NCBI GenBank assembly: GCA_964016885.1
Contig: OZ024749.1
Coordinates: 9,982,001 to 10,046,000 of the forward strand
Reading direction: 5' to 3'
From: Eledone cirrhosa
Taxonomy: Eukaryota
DNA length: 64,000 nucleotides
The notes beneath the pieces are model-generated. The model was not told the DNA's origin. It saw nothing but the letters and a program-made list of their open reading frames with translations, and searched no databases. Below are positions 35,471-47,400 of the stretch, piece after piece (position 1 is the stretch's first letter; the number at the start of each line of letters is the position of its first letter). Position numbers and translations under genes: made by a program.

Positions 35471-38400
35471 GATCCAGTCCTCACTTTCCTCCTTGGGGCT
35501 TGAGTTAAACTTTAGATCCAGTCCTCACTCTCCTCCTTGGGGCTTGAGTCAGACTTTAGAACCAGTCCTCACTCTCCTTGGGGCTTGAGTCAGACTTTAG
35601 ACCCAGTCCTCACTCTCCTCCTTGGGGCTTGAGCTAGACTTTAAACCCAGTCCTCACTCTCCTCCTTGGGGCTTGAGTTAGACTTTAGACCCAGTCCTCA
35701 CTCTCCTTCTTGGGACTTCAGTCAGACTTTAGACCCAGTCCTCACTCTCCTCCTTGGGGTTTGAGTCAGACTTTAGACCCAGTCCTCACTCTCCTTGCGG
35801 CTTGTGTCAGATTTTAGACTCAGTCCACACTCTCCTTGGGGCTTGAGTGAGACTTTAGATCCAGTCCTCACTCTCTTCGTTGGGGCTTGAGTCAGACTTT
35901 AGACCCAGTCCGCACTCTCCTCCTTGGGGCTTGAGTTAGACATTAGACCCGGTCCTCACTCTCCTCCTTGGAACTTGAGCCAGACTTTAGACCCAATCCT
36001 CACTCTCCTCCTTGGGGCTTGAGTCAGACTTTAGACCCAGTCCTCACTCTCCTTCTTGGGACTTCAGTCAGACTTTAGACTTTAGACCCAGTCCTCACTC
36101 TCCTTCTTGGGGCTTGAGTCAGACTTTAGACCCAGTCCTCACTCTCCTCCTTGGGGCTTGAGTTAGACTTTAGACCCAGTCCTCACTCTCCTCCTTGGGG
36201 CTTAAGTCAGACTTTAGACCCAGTCCTCACTCTCCTCCTTGGGGCTTGAGTCAGACTTTAGACCCAGTCTTCACTCTCCTCCTTGGGGCTTGAGTTAGAC
36301 TTTAGACTCAGTCCTCACTCTCCTTCTTGGGGCTTGACTCAGACTTTAGACCCAGTCCTCACTCTCCTCCTTGGGGCTTGAGCTAGACTTTACACCCAGT
36401 CCTCACTCTTCTCCTTGGGGCTTGAGTCAGACTTTAGACCCAGTCCTCACCCTCCTCCTTGGGGCTTGAATTAAACTTTAGACTTTAGACCCAGTCCTCA
36501 CTCTCCTTCTTGGGGCTTGAGTCAGACTTTAGACCCAGTCCTCACTCTCCTTCTTGGGGCTTGAGTCATACTTTAGACCCAGTCCTCACTCTCCTTCTTG
36601 GGGCTTGAGTCAGACTTTAGACCCAGTCCTCACTCTCCTCCTTGGGGTTTCAGTCAGACTTTAGACCCAGTCCTCACTCTCCTTGCGGCTTGAGTCAGAA
36701 TTTAGACCCAGTCCTCACTCTCCTCCTTGGAGGTTGAGTTAGACTTTAGACCCAGTCCTCACTCTCCTCCTTGGGGCTTAAGTCAGACTTTAGACCCAGT
36801 CCTCACTCTCCTCCTTGGGGCTTGAGTCAGACTTTAGACCCAGTCTTCACTCTCCTCCTTGGGGCTTGAGTTAGACTTTAGACTCAGTCCTCACTCTCCT
36901 TCTTGGGGCTTGACTCAGACTTTAGACCCAGTCCTCACTCTCCTCCTTGGGGCTTGAGCTAGACTTTACACCCAGTCCTCACTCTTCTCCTTGGGGCTTG
37001 AGTCAGACTTTAGACCCAGTCCTCACCCTCCTCCCTGGCGCTTGAATTAAACTTTTGACTTTAGACCCAGTCCTCACTCTCCTTCTTGGGGCTTGAGTCA
37101 GACTTTAGACCCAGTCCTCACTCTCCTTCTTGGGGCTTGAGTCATACTTTAGACCCAGTCCTCACTCTCCTTCTTGGGGCTTGAGTCAGACTTTAGACCC
37201 AGTCCTCACTCTCCTTCTTGGGGCTAGAGTCAGAATTTAGACCCAGTCCTCACTCTCCTCCTTGGAGCTTGAGTTAGACATTTGACCCAGTCCTCACTCT
37301 CCTCCTTGGGGCTTGAGTCAGACTTTCGACCCAGTCCTCACTCTCCTCCTTGGGGCTTGAGTCAGACTTTAGACTTTAGATCCAGTCCTCACTCTCCTCT
37401 TTGGGGCTTGAGTCAGAATTTAGACCCAGTCCTCACTCTCCTCCTAGGGGCTTGAGCTAGACTTTACACCCAGTCCTCACTCTTCTCCTTGGGGCTTGAG
37501 TCAGACTTTAGACCCAGTCCTCACCCTCCTCCCTGGCGCTTGAATTAAACTTTAGACTTTAGACCCAGTCCTCATTCTCCTTCTTGGGGCTTGAGTCAGA
37601 CTTTAGACCCAGTCCTCACTCTCCTTCTTGTGGCTTGAGTCATACTTTAGACCCAGTCCTCACTCTCCTTCTTGGGGCTTGAGTTAGACTTTAGACCCAG
37701 TCCTCATACTCCTCCTTGGGGCTTGAGTCAGACTTTAGACCCAGTCCTCACTCTCCTCCTTGGGGCTTGAGTCAGACTTGAGACCCAGTCCTCACTCTCC
37801 TCCTTGGGGCTTGAGTTAGAATTTAGACCCAGTCCTCACTCTCCTCCTTGGGGATTGAGTTAGACTTTAGACCCACTCCTCACTCTCTTCCTTGGGGCTT
37901 GAGTCAGACTTTAGAACCAGTCCTCACTCTCCTTGGGGCTTGAGTCAGACTTTAGACCCAGTCCTCACTCTCCTCCTTGGGGCTTGAGCTAGACTTTAAA
38001 CCCAGTCCTCACTCTCCTCCTTGGGGCTTGAGTTAGACTTTAGACCCAGTCCTCACTCTCCTCCTTGGGGCTTGAGTCAGACTTGAGACCCAGTCCTCAC
38101 TCTCCTCCTTGGGGCTTGAGTTAGAATTTAGACCCAGTCCTCACTCTCCTCCTTGGGGATTGAGTTAGACTTTAGACCCACTCCTCACTCTCTTCCTTGG
38201 GGCTTGAGTCAGACTTTAGAACCAGTCCTCACTCTCCTTGGGGCTTGAGTCAGACTTTAGACCCAGTCCTCACTCTCCTCCTTGGGGCTTGAGCTAGACT
38301 TTAAACCCAGTCCTCACTCTCCTCCTTGGGGCTTGAGTTAGACTTTAGACCCAGTCCTCACTCTCCTCCTTGGGGCTTGAGTCAGACTTTAGACCCAGTC

Positions 38401-41400
38401 CTCACTCTCCTCCTTGGGGCTTGAGTTAGACTTTAGACCCAGTCCTCACTCTCCTTCTTGTGGCTTGAGTCAGACTTTAGACCCAGTCCTCACTCTCCTC
38501 CTTGGGGTTTGAGTCAGACTTTAGACCCAGTCCTCACTCTCCTCCTTGGGGCTTGAGCTAGACTTTACACCCAGTCCTCACTCTTCTCCTTGGGGCTTGA
38601 GTCAGACTTTAGACCCAGTCCTCACCCTCCTCCTTGGGGCTTGAATTAAACTTTAGACTTTAGACCCAGTCCTCACTCTCCTTCTTGGGGCTTGAGTCAG
38701 ACTTTAGACCCAGTCCTCACTCTCCTTCTTGGGGCTTGAGTCAGACTTTAGACCCAGTCCTCACTCTCCTCCTTGGGGTTTGAGTCAGACTTTAGACCCA
38801 GTCCTCAATCTCCTTGCGGCTTGAGTCAGATTTTAGACTCAGTCCACACTCTCCTTGGGGCTTGAGTGAGACTTTAGATCCAGTCCTCACTCTCTTCGTT
38901 GGGGCTTGAGTCAGACTTTAGACCCAGTCCGCACTCTCCTCCTTGGAGCTTGAGTTAGACTTTAGACCCGGTCCTCACTCTCCTCCTTGGAACTTGAGCC
39001 AGACTTTAGACCCAATCCTCACTCTCCTCCTTGGGGCTTGAGTCATACTTTAGACCCAGTCCTCACTCTCCTTCTTGGGGCTTGAGTCAGACTTTAGACC
39101 CAGTCCTCACTCTCCTCCTTGGAGCTTGAGTTAGACATTTGACCCAGTCCTCACTCTCCTCCTTGGGGCTTGAGTCAGACTTTAGACCCAGTCCTCACTC
39201 TCCTCCTTGGGGCTTGAGTCAGACTTTAGACTTTAGATCCAGTCCTCACTCTCCTCTTTGGGGCTTGAGTCAGAATTTAGACCCAGTCCTCACTCTCCTC
39301 CTTGGGGATTGAGTTAGACTTTAGACCCAGTCCTCATTCTCCTCCTTGGGGCTTGAGTTAGACTTTAGACCCTGTCCTCACTCTCCTCGGGGCTTGAGTC
39401 AGACTTTAGACCCAGTCCTCACTCTCCTCCTTGGGGCTTGAGTTAGACTTTAGACCCAGTCCTCACTCTCCTCCTTGGGGCTTAAGTCAGACTTTAGACC
39501 CAGTCCTCACTCTCCTCCTTGGGGCCTGAGTCAGACTTTAGACCCAGTCTTCACTCTCCTCCTTGGGGCTTGAGTTAGACTTTAGACTCAGTCCTCACTC
39601 TCCTTCTTGGGGCTTGACTCAGACTTTAGACCCAGTCCTCACTCTCCTCCTTGGGGCTTGAGCTAGACTTTACACCCAGTCCTCACTCTTCTCCTTGGGG
39701 CTTGAGTCAGAATTTAGACCCAGTCCTCACCCTCCTCCTTGGCGCTTGAATTAAACTTTAGACTTTAGACCCAGTCCTCATTCTCCTTCTTGGGGCTTGA
39801 GTCAGACTTTAGACCCAGTCCTCACTCTCCTTCTTGGGGCTTGAGTCATACTTTAGACCCAGTCCTCACTCTCCTTCTTGGGGCTAGAGTCAGACTTTAG
39901 ACCCAGTCCTCACTCTCCTCCTTGGAGCTTGAGTTAGACATTTGACCCAGTCCTCACTCTCCTCCTTGGGGCTTGAGTCAGACTTTAGACCCAGTCCTCA
40001 CTCTCCTCCTTGGGGCTTGAGTCAGACTTTAGACTTTAGATCCAGTCCTCACTCTCCTCTTTGGGGCTTGAGTCAGAATTTAGACCCAGTCCTCACTCTC
40101 CTCCTTGGGGATTGAGTTAGACTTTAGACCCAGTCCTCACTCTCCTTGGGGCTTGAGTCAGACTTTAGACTTTAGACCCAGTCCTCACTCTCCTCCTTGG
40201 GGCTTGGGTCAGACTTTTAACTTTAGACCCAGTCCTCACTCTCCTTGGGACTTGAGCCAGATTTAGACCCAGTCCCCACTCTTTTCTTTGGGGCTTGGGT
40301 TAGACATTAGACCCAGTCCTCACTCTCCTTCTTGGGACTTGAGTCAGACTTTAGACCCAGTCCTCACTCCTCCTTCGGGCTTTAATCAGATTTTAGACTC
40401 AGTCCTCATTCTCCTTCTTGGGGTTTGGGTCAGACTTTAGACTTTAGACCCAGTCCTCACTCTCCTCCTTCGGGCTTTAATCAGATTTTAGACTCAGTCC
40501 TCACTCTCCTTCTTGGGCTTTGAGTCAGACTTTAGACTTTAGACCCAGTCCTCACTCTCCTTCTTGGGGCTTGAGCTAGACTTTAGACTCATTCCTCACT
40601 CTCCTCTTTGGGGCTTGAGTCAGACTTTAGACCCAGTCCTCACTCTCCTCCTTGGGGCTTGAGTCAGACTTTAGACCCAGTCCTCACTCTCCTCCTTGGG
40701 GCTTGAGCTAGACTTTAAACCCAGTCCTCACTCTCCTCCTTGGGGCTTGAGTTAGACTTTAGACCCAGTCCTCACTCTCCTTCTTGGGGCTTGAGTCAGA
40801 CTTTAGACCCAGTCCTCACTCTCCTCCTTGGGGTTTGAGTCAGACTTTAGACCCAGTCCTCACTCTCCTTGCGGCTTGAGTCAGATTTTAGACTCAGTCC
40901 ACACTCTCCTTGGGGCTTGAGTGAGACTTTAGATCCAGTCCTCACTCTCTTCGTTGGGGCTTGAGTCAGACTTTAGACCCAGTCCGCACTCTCCTCCTTG
41001 GGGCTTGAGTTAGACTTTAGACCCGGTCCTCACTCTCCTCCTTGGAACTTGAGCCAGACTTTAGACCCAATCCTCACTCTCCTCCTTGGGGCTTGAGTCA
41101 GACTTTAGACCCAGTCCTCACTCTCCTTCTTGGGGCTTCAGTCAGACTTTAGACTTTAGACCCAGTCCTCACTCTCCTTCTTGGGGCTTGAGTCAGACTT
41201 TAGACCCAGTCCTCACTCTCCTCCTTGGGGCTTGAGTTAGAATTTAGACCCAGTCCTCACTCTCCTCCTTGGGGATTGAGTTAGACTTTAGACCCACTCC
41301 TCACTCTCTTCCTTGGGGCTTGAGTCAGACTTTAGAACCAGTCCTCACTCTCCTTGGGGATTGAGTTAGACTTTAGACCCAATCCTCACTCTCTTCCTTG

Positions 41401-44400
41401 GGGCTTGAGTCAGACTTTAGAACCAGTCCTCACTCTCCTTGGGGCTTGAGTCAGACTTTAGACCCAGTCCTCACTCTCCTCCTTGGGGCTTGAGCTAGAC
41501 TTTACACCCAGTCCTCACTCTTCTCCTTGGGGCTTGAGTCAGACTTTAGACCCAGTCCTCACCCTCCTCCTTGGCGCTTGAATTAAACTTTAGACTTTAG
41601 ACCCAGTCCTCATTCTCCTTCTTGGGGCTTGAGTCAGACTTTAGACCCAGTCCTCACTCTCCTTCTTGGGGCTTGAGTCATACTTTAGACCCAGTCCTCA
41701 CTCTCCTTCTTGGGGCTAGAGTCAGACTTTAGACCCAGTCCTCACTCTCCTCCTTGGAGCTTGAGTTAGACATTTGACCCAGTCCTCACTCTCCTCCTTG
41801 GGGCTTGAGTCAGACTTTAGACCCAGTCCTCACTCTCCTCCTTGGGGCTTGAGTCAGACTTTAGACTTTAGATCCAGTCCTCACTCTCCTCTTTGGGGCT
41901 TGAGTCAGAATTTAGACCCAGTCCTCACTCTCCTCCTTGGGGATTGAGTTAGACTTTAGACCCAGTCCTCATTCTCCTCCTTGGGGCTTGAGTTAGACTT
42001 TAGACCCAGTCCTCACTCTCCTTGGGGCTTGAGTCAGACTTTAGACTTTAGACCCAGTCCTCACTCTCCTCCTTGGGGCTTGGGTCAGACTTTTAACTTT
42101 AGACCCAGTCCTCACTCTCCTTGGGACTTGAGCCAGATTTAGACCCAGTCCCCACTCTTTTCTTTGGGGCTTGGGTTAGACATTAGACCCAGTCCTCACT
42201 CTCCTTCTTGGGACTTGAGTCAGACTTTAGACCCAGTCCTCACTCCTCCTTCGGGCTTTAATCAGATTTTAGACTCAGTCCTCATTCTCCTTCTTGGGGT
42301 TTGGGTCAGACTTTAGACTTTAGACCCAGTCCTCACTCTCCTCCTTCGGGCTTTAATCAGATTTTAGACTCAGTCCTCACTCTCCTTCTTGGGCTTTGAG
42401 TCAGACTTTAGACTTTAGACCCAGTCCTCACTCTCCTTCTTGGGGCTTGAGCTAGACTTTAGACTCATTCCTCACTCTCCTCTTTGGGGCTTGAGTCAGA
42501 CTTTAGACCCAGTCCTCACTCTCCTCCTTGGGGCTTGAGTCAGACTTTAGACCCAGTCCTCACTCTCCTCCTTGGGGCTTGAGCTAGACTTTAAACCCAG
42601 TCCTCACTCTCCTCCTTGGGGCTTGAGTTAGACTTTAGACCCAGTCCTCACTCTCCTTCTTGGGGCTTGAGTCAGACTTTAGACCCAGTCCTCACTCTCC
42701 TCCTTGGGGTTTGAGTCAGACTTTAGACCCAGTCCTCACTCTCCTTGCGGCTTGAGTCAGATTTTAGACTCAGTCCACACTCTCCTTGGGGCTTGAGTGA
42801 GACTTTAGATCCAGTCCTCACTCTCTTCGTTGGGGCTTGAGTCAGACTTTAGACCCAGTCCGCACTCTCCTCCTTGGGGCTTGAGTTAGACTTTAGACCC
42901 GGTCCTCACTCTCCTCCTTGGAACTTGAGCCAGACTTTAGACCCAATCCTCACTCTCCTCCTTGGGGCTTGAGTCAGACTTTAGACCCAGTCCTCACTCT
43001 CCTTCTTGGGGCTTCAGTCAGACTTTAGACTTTAGACCCAGTCCTCACTCTCCTTCTTGGGGCTTGAGTCAGACTTTAGACCCAGTCCTCACTCTCCTCC
43101 TTGGGGCTTGAGTTAGAATTTAGACCCAGTCCTCACTCTCCTCCTTGGGGATTGAGTTAGACTTTAGACCCACTCCTCACTCTCTTCCTTGGGGCTTGAG
43201 TCAGACTTTAGAACCAGTCCTCACTCTCCTTGGGGATTGAGTTAGACTTTAGACCCAATCCTCACTCTCTTCCTTGGGGCTTGAGTCAGACTTTAGAACC
43301 AGTCCTCACTCTCCTTGGGGCTTGAGTCAGACTTTAGACCCAGTCCTCACTCTCCTCCTTGGGGCTTGAGCTAGACTTTAAACCCAGTCCTCACTCTCCT
43401 CCTTGGGGCTTGAGTTAGACTTTAGACCCAGTCCTCACTCTCCTCCTTGGGGCTTGAGTCAGACTTTAGACCCAGTCCTCACTCTCCTCCTTGGGGCTTG
43501 AGTTAGACTTTAGACCCAGTCCTCACTCTCCTTCTTGTGGCTTGAGTCAGACTTTAGACCCAGTCCTCACTCTCCTCCTTGGGGTTTGAGTTAGACTTTA
43601 GACCCAGTCCTCACTCTCCTTGCGGCTTGAGTCAGATTTTAGACTCAGTCCACACTCTCCTTGGGGCTTGAGTGAGACTTTAGATCCAGTCCTCACTCTC
43701 TTCGTTGGGGCTTGAGTCAGACTTTAGACCCAGTCCGCACTCTCCTCCTTGGGGCTTGAGTTAGACTTTAGACCCGGTCCTCACTCTCCTCCTTGGAACT
43801 TGAGCCAGACTTTAGACCCAATCCTCACTCTCCTCCTTGGGGCTTGAGTCAGACTTTAGACCCAGTCCCCACTCTCCTTCTTGGGACTTCAGTCAGACTT
43901 TAGACTTTAGACCCAGTCCTCACTCTCCTTCTTGGGGCTTGAGTCAGACTTTAGACCCAGTCCTCATTCTCCTCCTTGGGGCTTGAGTTAGACTTTAGAC
44001 CCAGTCCTCACTCTCCTCCTTGGGGCTTAAGTCAGACTTTAGACCCAGTCCTCACTCTCCTCCTTGGGGCTTAAGTCAGACTTTAGACCCAGTCCTCACT
44101 CTCCTCCTTGGGGCTTGAGCTAGACTTTACACCCAGTCCTCACTCTTCTCCTTGGGGCTTGAGTCAGACTTTAGACCCAGTCCTCACCCTCCTCCTTGGG
44201 GCTTGAATTAAACTTTAGATTTAGACCCAGTCCTCACTCTCCTTCTTGGGGCTTGAGTCAGACTTTAGACCCAGTCCTCACTCTCCTTCTTGGGGCTTGA
44301 GTCATACTTTAGACCCAGTCCTCACTCTCCTTCTTGGGGCTTGAGTCAGACTTTAGACCCAGTCCTCACTCTCCTCCTTGGGGTTTGAGTCAGACTTTAG

Positions 44401-47400
44401 ACCCAGTCCTCACTCTCCTTGCGGCTTGAGTCAGATTTTAGACTCAGTCCACACTCTCCTTGGGGCTTGAGTGAGACTTTAGATCCAGTCCTCACTCTCT
44501 TCGTTGGGGCTTGAGTCAGACTTTAGACCCAGTCTGCACTCTCCTCCTTGGAGCTTGAGTTAGACTTTAGACCCGGTCCTCACTCTCCTCCTTGGGGCTT
44601 GAGTCAGACTTTAGACCCAGTCCTCACTCTCCTTCTTGGGGCTTCAGTCAGACTTTAGACTTTAGACCCAGTCCTCACTCTCCTTCTTGGGGCTTGAGTC
44701 AGACTTTAGACCCAGTCCTCACTCTCCTCCTTGGGGCTTGAGTTAGACTTTAGACCCAGTCCTCACTCTCCTCCTTAGGGCTTAAGTCAGACTTTAGACC
44801 CAGTCCTCACTCTCCTCCTTGGGGCTTGAGTCAGACTTTAGACCCAGTCTTCACTCTCCTCCTTGGGGCTTGAGTTAGACTTTAGACTCAGTCCCCACTC
44901 TCCTTCTTGGGGCTTGACTCAGACTTTAGACCCAGTCCTCACTCTCCTCCTTGGGGCTTGAGCTAGACTTTACACCCAGTCCTCACTCTTCTCCTTGGGG
45001 CTTGAGTCAGACTTTAGACCCAGTCCTCACCCTCCTCCTTGGCGCTTGAATTAAACTTTAGACTTTAGACCCAGTCCTCACTCTCCTTCTTGGGGCTTGA
45101 GTCAGACTTTAGACCCAGTCCTCACTCTCCTTCTTGGGGCTTGAGTCATACTTTAGACCCAGTCCTCACTCTCCTTCTTGGGGCTTGAGTCAGACTTTAG
45201 ACCCAGTCCTCACTCTCCTTCTTGGGGCTAGAGTCAGAATTTAGACCCAGTCCTCACTCTCCTCCTTGGAGCTTGAGTTAGACATTTGACCCAGTCCTCA
45301 CTCTCCTCCTTGGGGCTTGAGTCAGACTTTAGACCCAGTCCTCACTCTCCTCCTTGGGGCTTGAGTCAGACTTTAGACTTTAGATCCAGTCCTCACTCTC
45401 CTCTTTGGGGCTTGAGCCAGAATTTAGACCCAGTCCTCACTCTCCTCCTTGGGGCTTGAGCTAGACTTTACACCCAGTCCTCACTCTTCTCCCTGGGGCT
45501 TGAGTCAGACTTTAGACCCAGTCCTCACCCTCCTCCTTGGCGCTTGAATTAAACTTTAGACTTTAGACCCAGTCCTCATTCTCCTTCTTGGGGCTTGAGT
45601 CAGACTTTAGACCCAGTCCTCACTCTCCTTCTTGGGGCTTGAGTCATACTTTAGACTTTAGACCCAGTCCTCACTCTCCTCCTTGGGGCTTGAGTCAGAC
45701 TTTAGACTTTAGACCCAGTCCTCACTCTCCTCCTTGGGGCTTGAGTTAGAATTTAGACCCAGTCCTCACTCTCCTCCTTGGGGATTGAGTTAGACTTTAG
45801 ACCCACTCCTCACTCTCTTCCTTGGGGCTTGAGTCAGACTTTAGAACCAGTCCTCACTCTCCTTGGGGCTTGAGTCAGACTTTAGACCCAGTCCTCACTC
45901 TCCTCCTTGGGGCTTGAGCTAGACTTTAAACCCAGTCCTCACTCTCCTCCTTGGGGCTTGAGTTAGACTTTAGACCCAGTCCTCACTCTCCTCCTTGGGG
46001 CTTGAGTCAGACTTGAGACCCAGTCCTCACTCTCCTCCTTGGGGCTTGAGTTAGAATTTAGACCCAGTCCTCACTCTCCTCCTTGGGGATTGAGTTAGAC
46101 TTTAGACCCACTCCTCACTCTCTTCCTTGGGGCTTGAGTCAGACTTTAGAACCAGTCCTCACTCTCCTTGGGGCTTGAGTCAGACTTTAGACCCAGTCCG
46201 CACTCTCCTCCTTGGGGCTTGAGCTAGACTTTAAACCCAGTCCTCACTCTCCTCCTTGGGGCTTGAGTCAGACTTTAGACCCAGTCCTCACTCTCCTCCT
46301 TGGGGCTTGAGCTAGACTTTAGACCCAGTCCTCACTCTCCTCCTTGGGGCTTGAGTCAGACTTTAGACCCAGTCCTCACTCTCCTCCTTGGGGCTTGAGT
46401 TAGAATTTAGACCCAGTCCTCACTCTCCTCCTTGGGGATTGAGTTAGACTTTAGACCCACTCCTCACTCTCTTCCTTGGGGCTTGAGTCAGACTTTAGAA
46501 CCAGTCCTCACTCTCCTTGGGGCTTGAGTCAGACTTTAGACCCAGTCCTCACTCTCCTCCTTGGGGCTTGAGTCAGACTTTAGACCCAGTCCTCACTCTC
46601 CTCCTTGGGGCTTGAGTTAGACTTTAGACCCAGTCCTCACTCTCCTTCTTGTGGCTTGAGTCAGACTTTAGACCCAGTCCTCACTCTCCTCCTTGGGGTT
46701 TGAGTCAGACTTTAGACCCAGTCCTCACTCTCCTCCTTGGGGCTTGAATTAAACTTTAGACTTTAGACCCAGTCCTCACTCTCCTTCTTGGGGCTTGAGT
46801 CAGACTTTAGACCCATTCCTCACTCTCCTTCTTGGGGCTTGAGTCAGACTTTAGACCCAGTCCTCACTCTCCTCCTTGGGGTTTGAGTCAGACTTTAGAC
46901 CCAGTCCTCACTCTCCTTGCGGCTTGAGTCAGATTTTAGACTCAGTCCACACTCTCCTTGGGGCTTGAGTGAGACTTTAGATCCAGTCCTCACTCTCTTC
47001 GTTGGGGCTTGAGTCAGACTTTAGACCCAGTCCGCACTCTCCTCCTTGGAGCTTGAGTTAGACTTTAGACCCGGTCCTCACTCTCCTCCTTGGAACTTGA
47101 GCCAGACTTTAGACCCAATCCTCACTCTCCTCCTTGGGGCTTGAGTCAGACTTTAGACCCAGTCCTCACTCTCCTTCTTGGGGCTTCAGTCAGACTTTAG
47201 ACTTTAGACCCAGTCCCCACTCTCCTTCTTGGGGCTTGAGTCAGACTTTAGACCCAGTCCTCACTCTCCTCCTTGGGGCTTGAGTTAGACTTTAGACCCA
47301 GTCCTCACTCTCCTCCTTGGGGCTTGAGTCAGACTTTAGACCCAGTCCTCACCCTCCTCCTTGGCGCTTGAATTAAACTTTAGACTTTAGACCCAGTCCT

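Noticed and set aside
35454-35600. Telomeric repeat (TTAGAC resembles TTAGGG)
   Set aside because: Occurs once or twice per 44-bp unit, not as a tandem hexamer array
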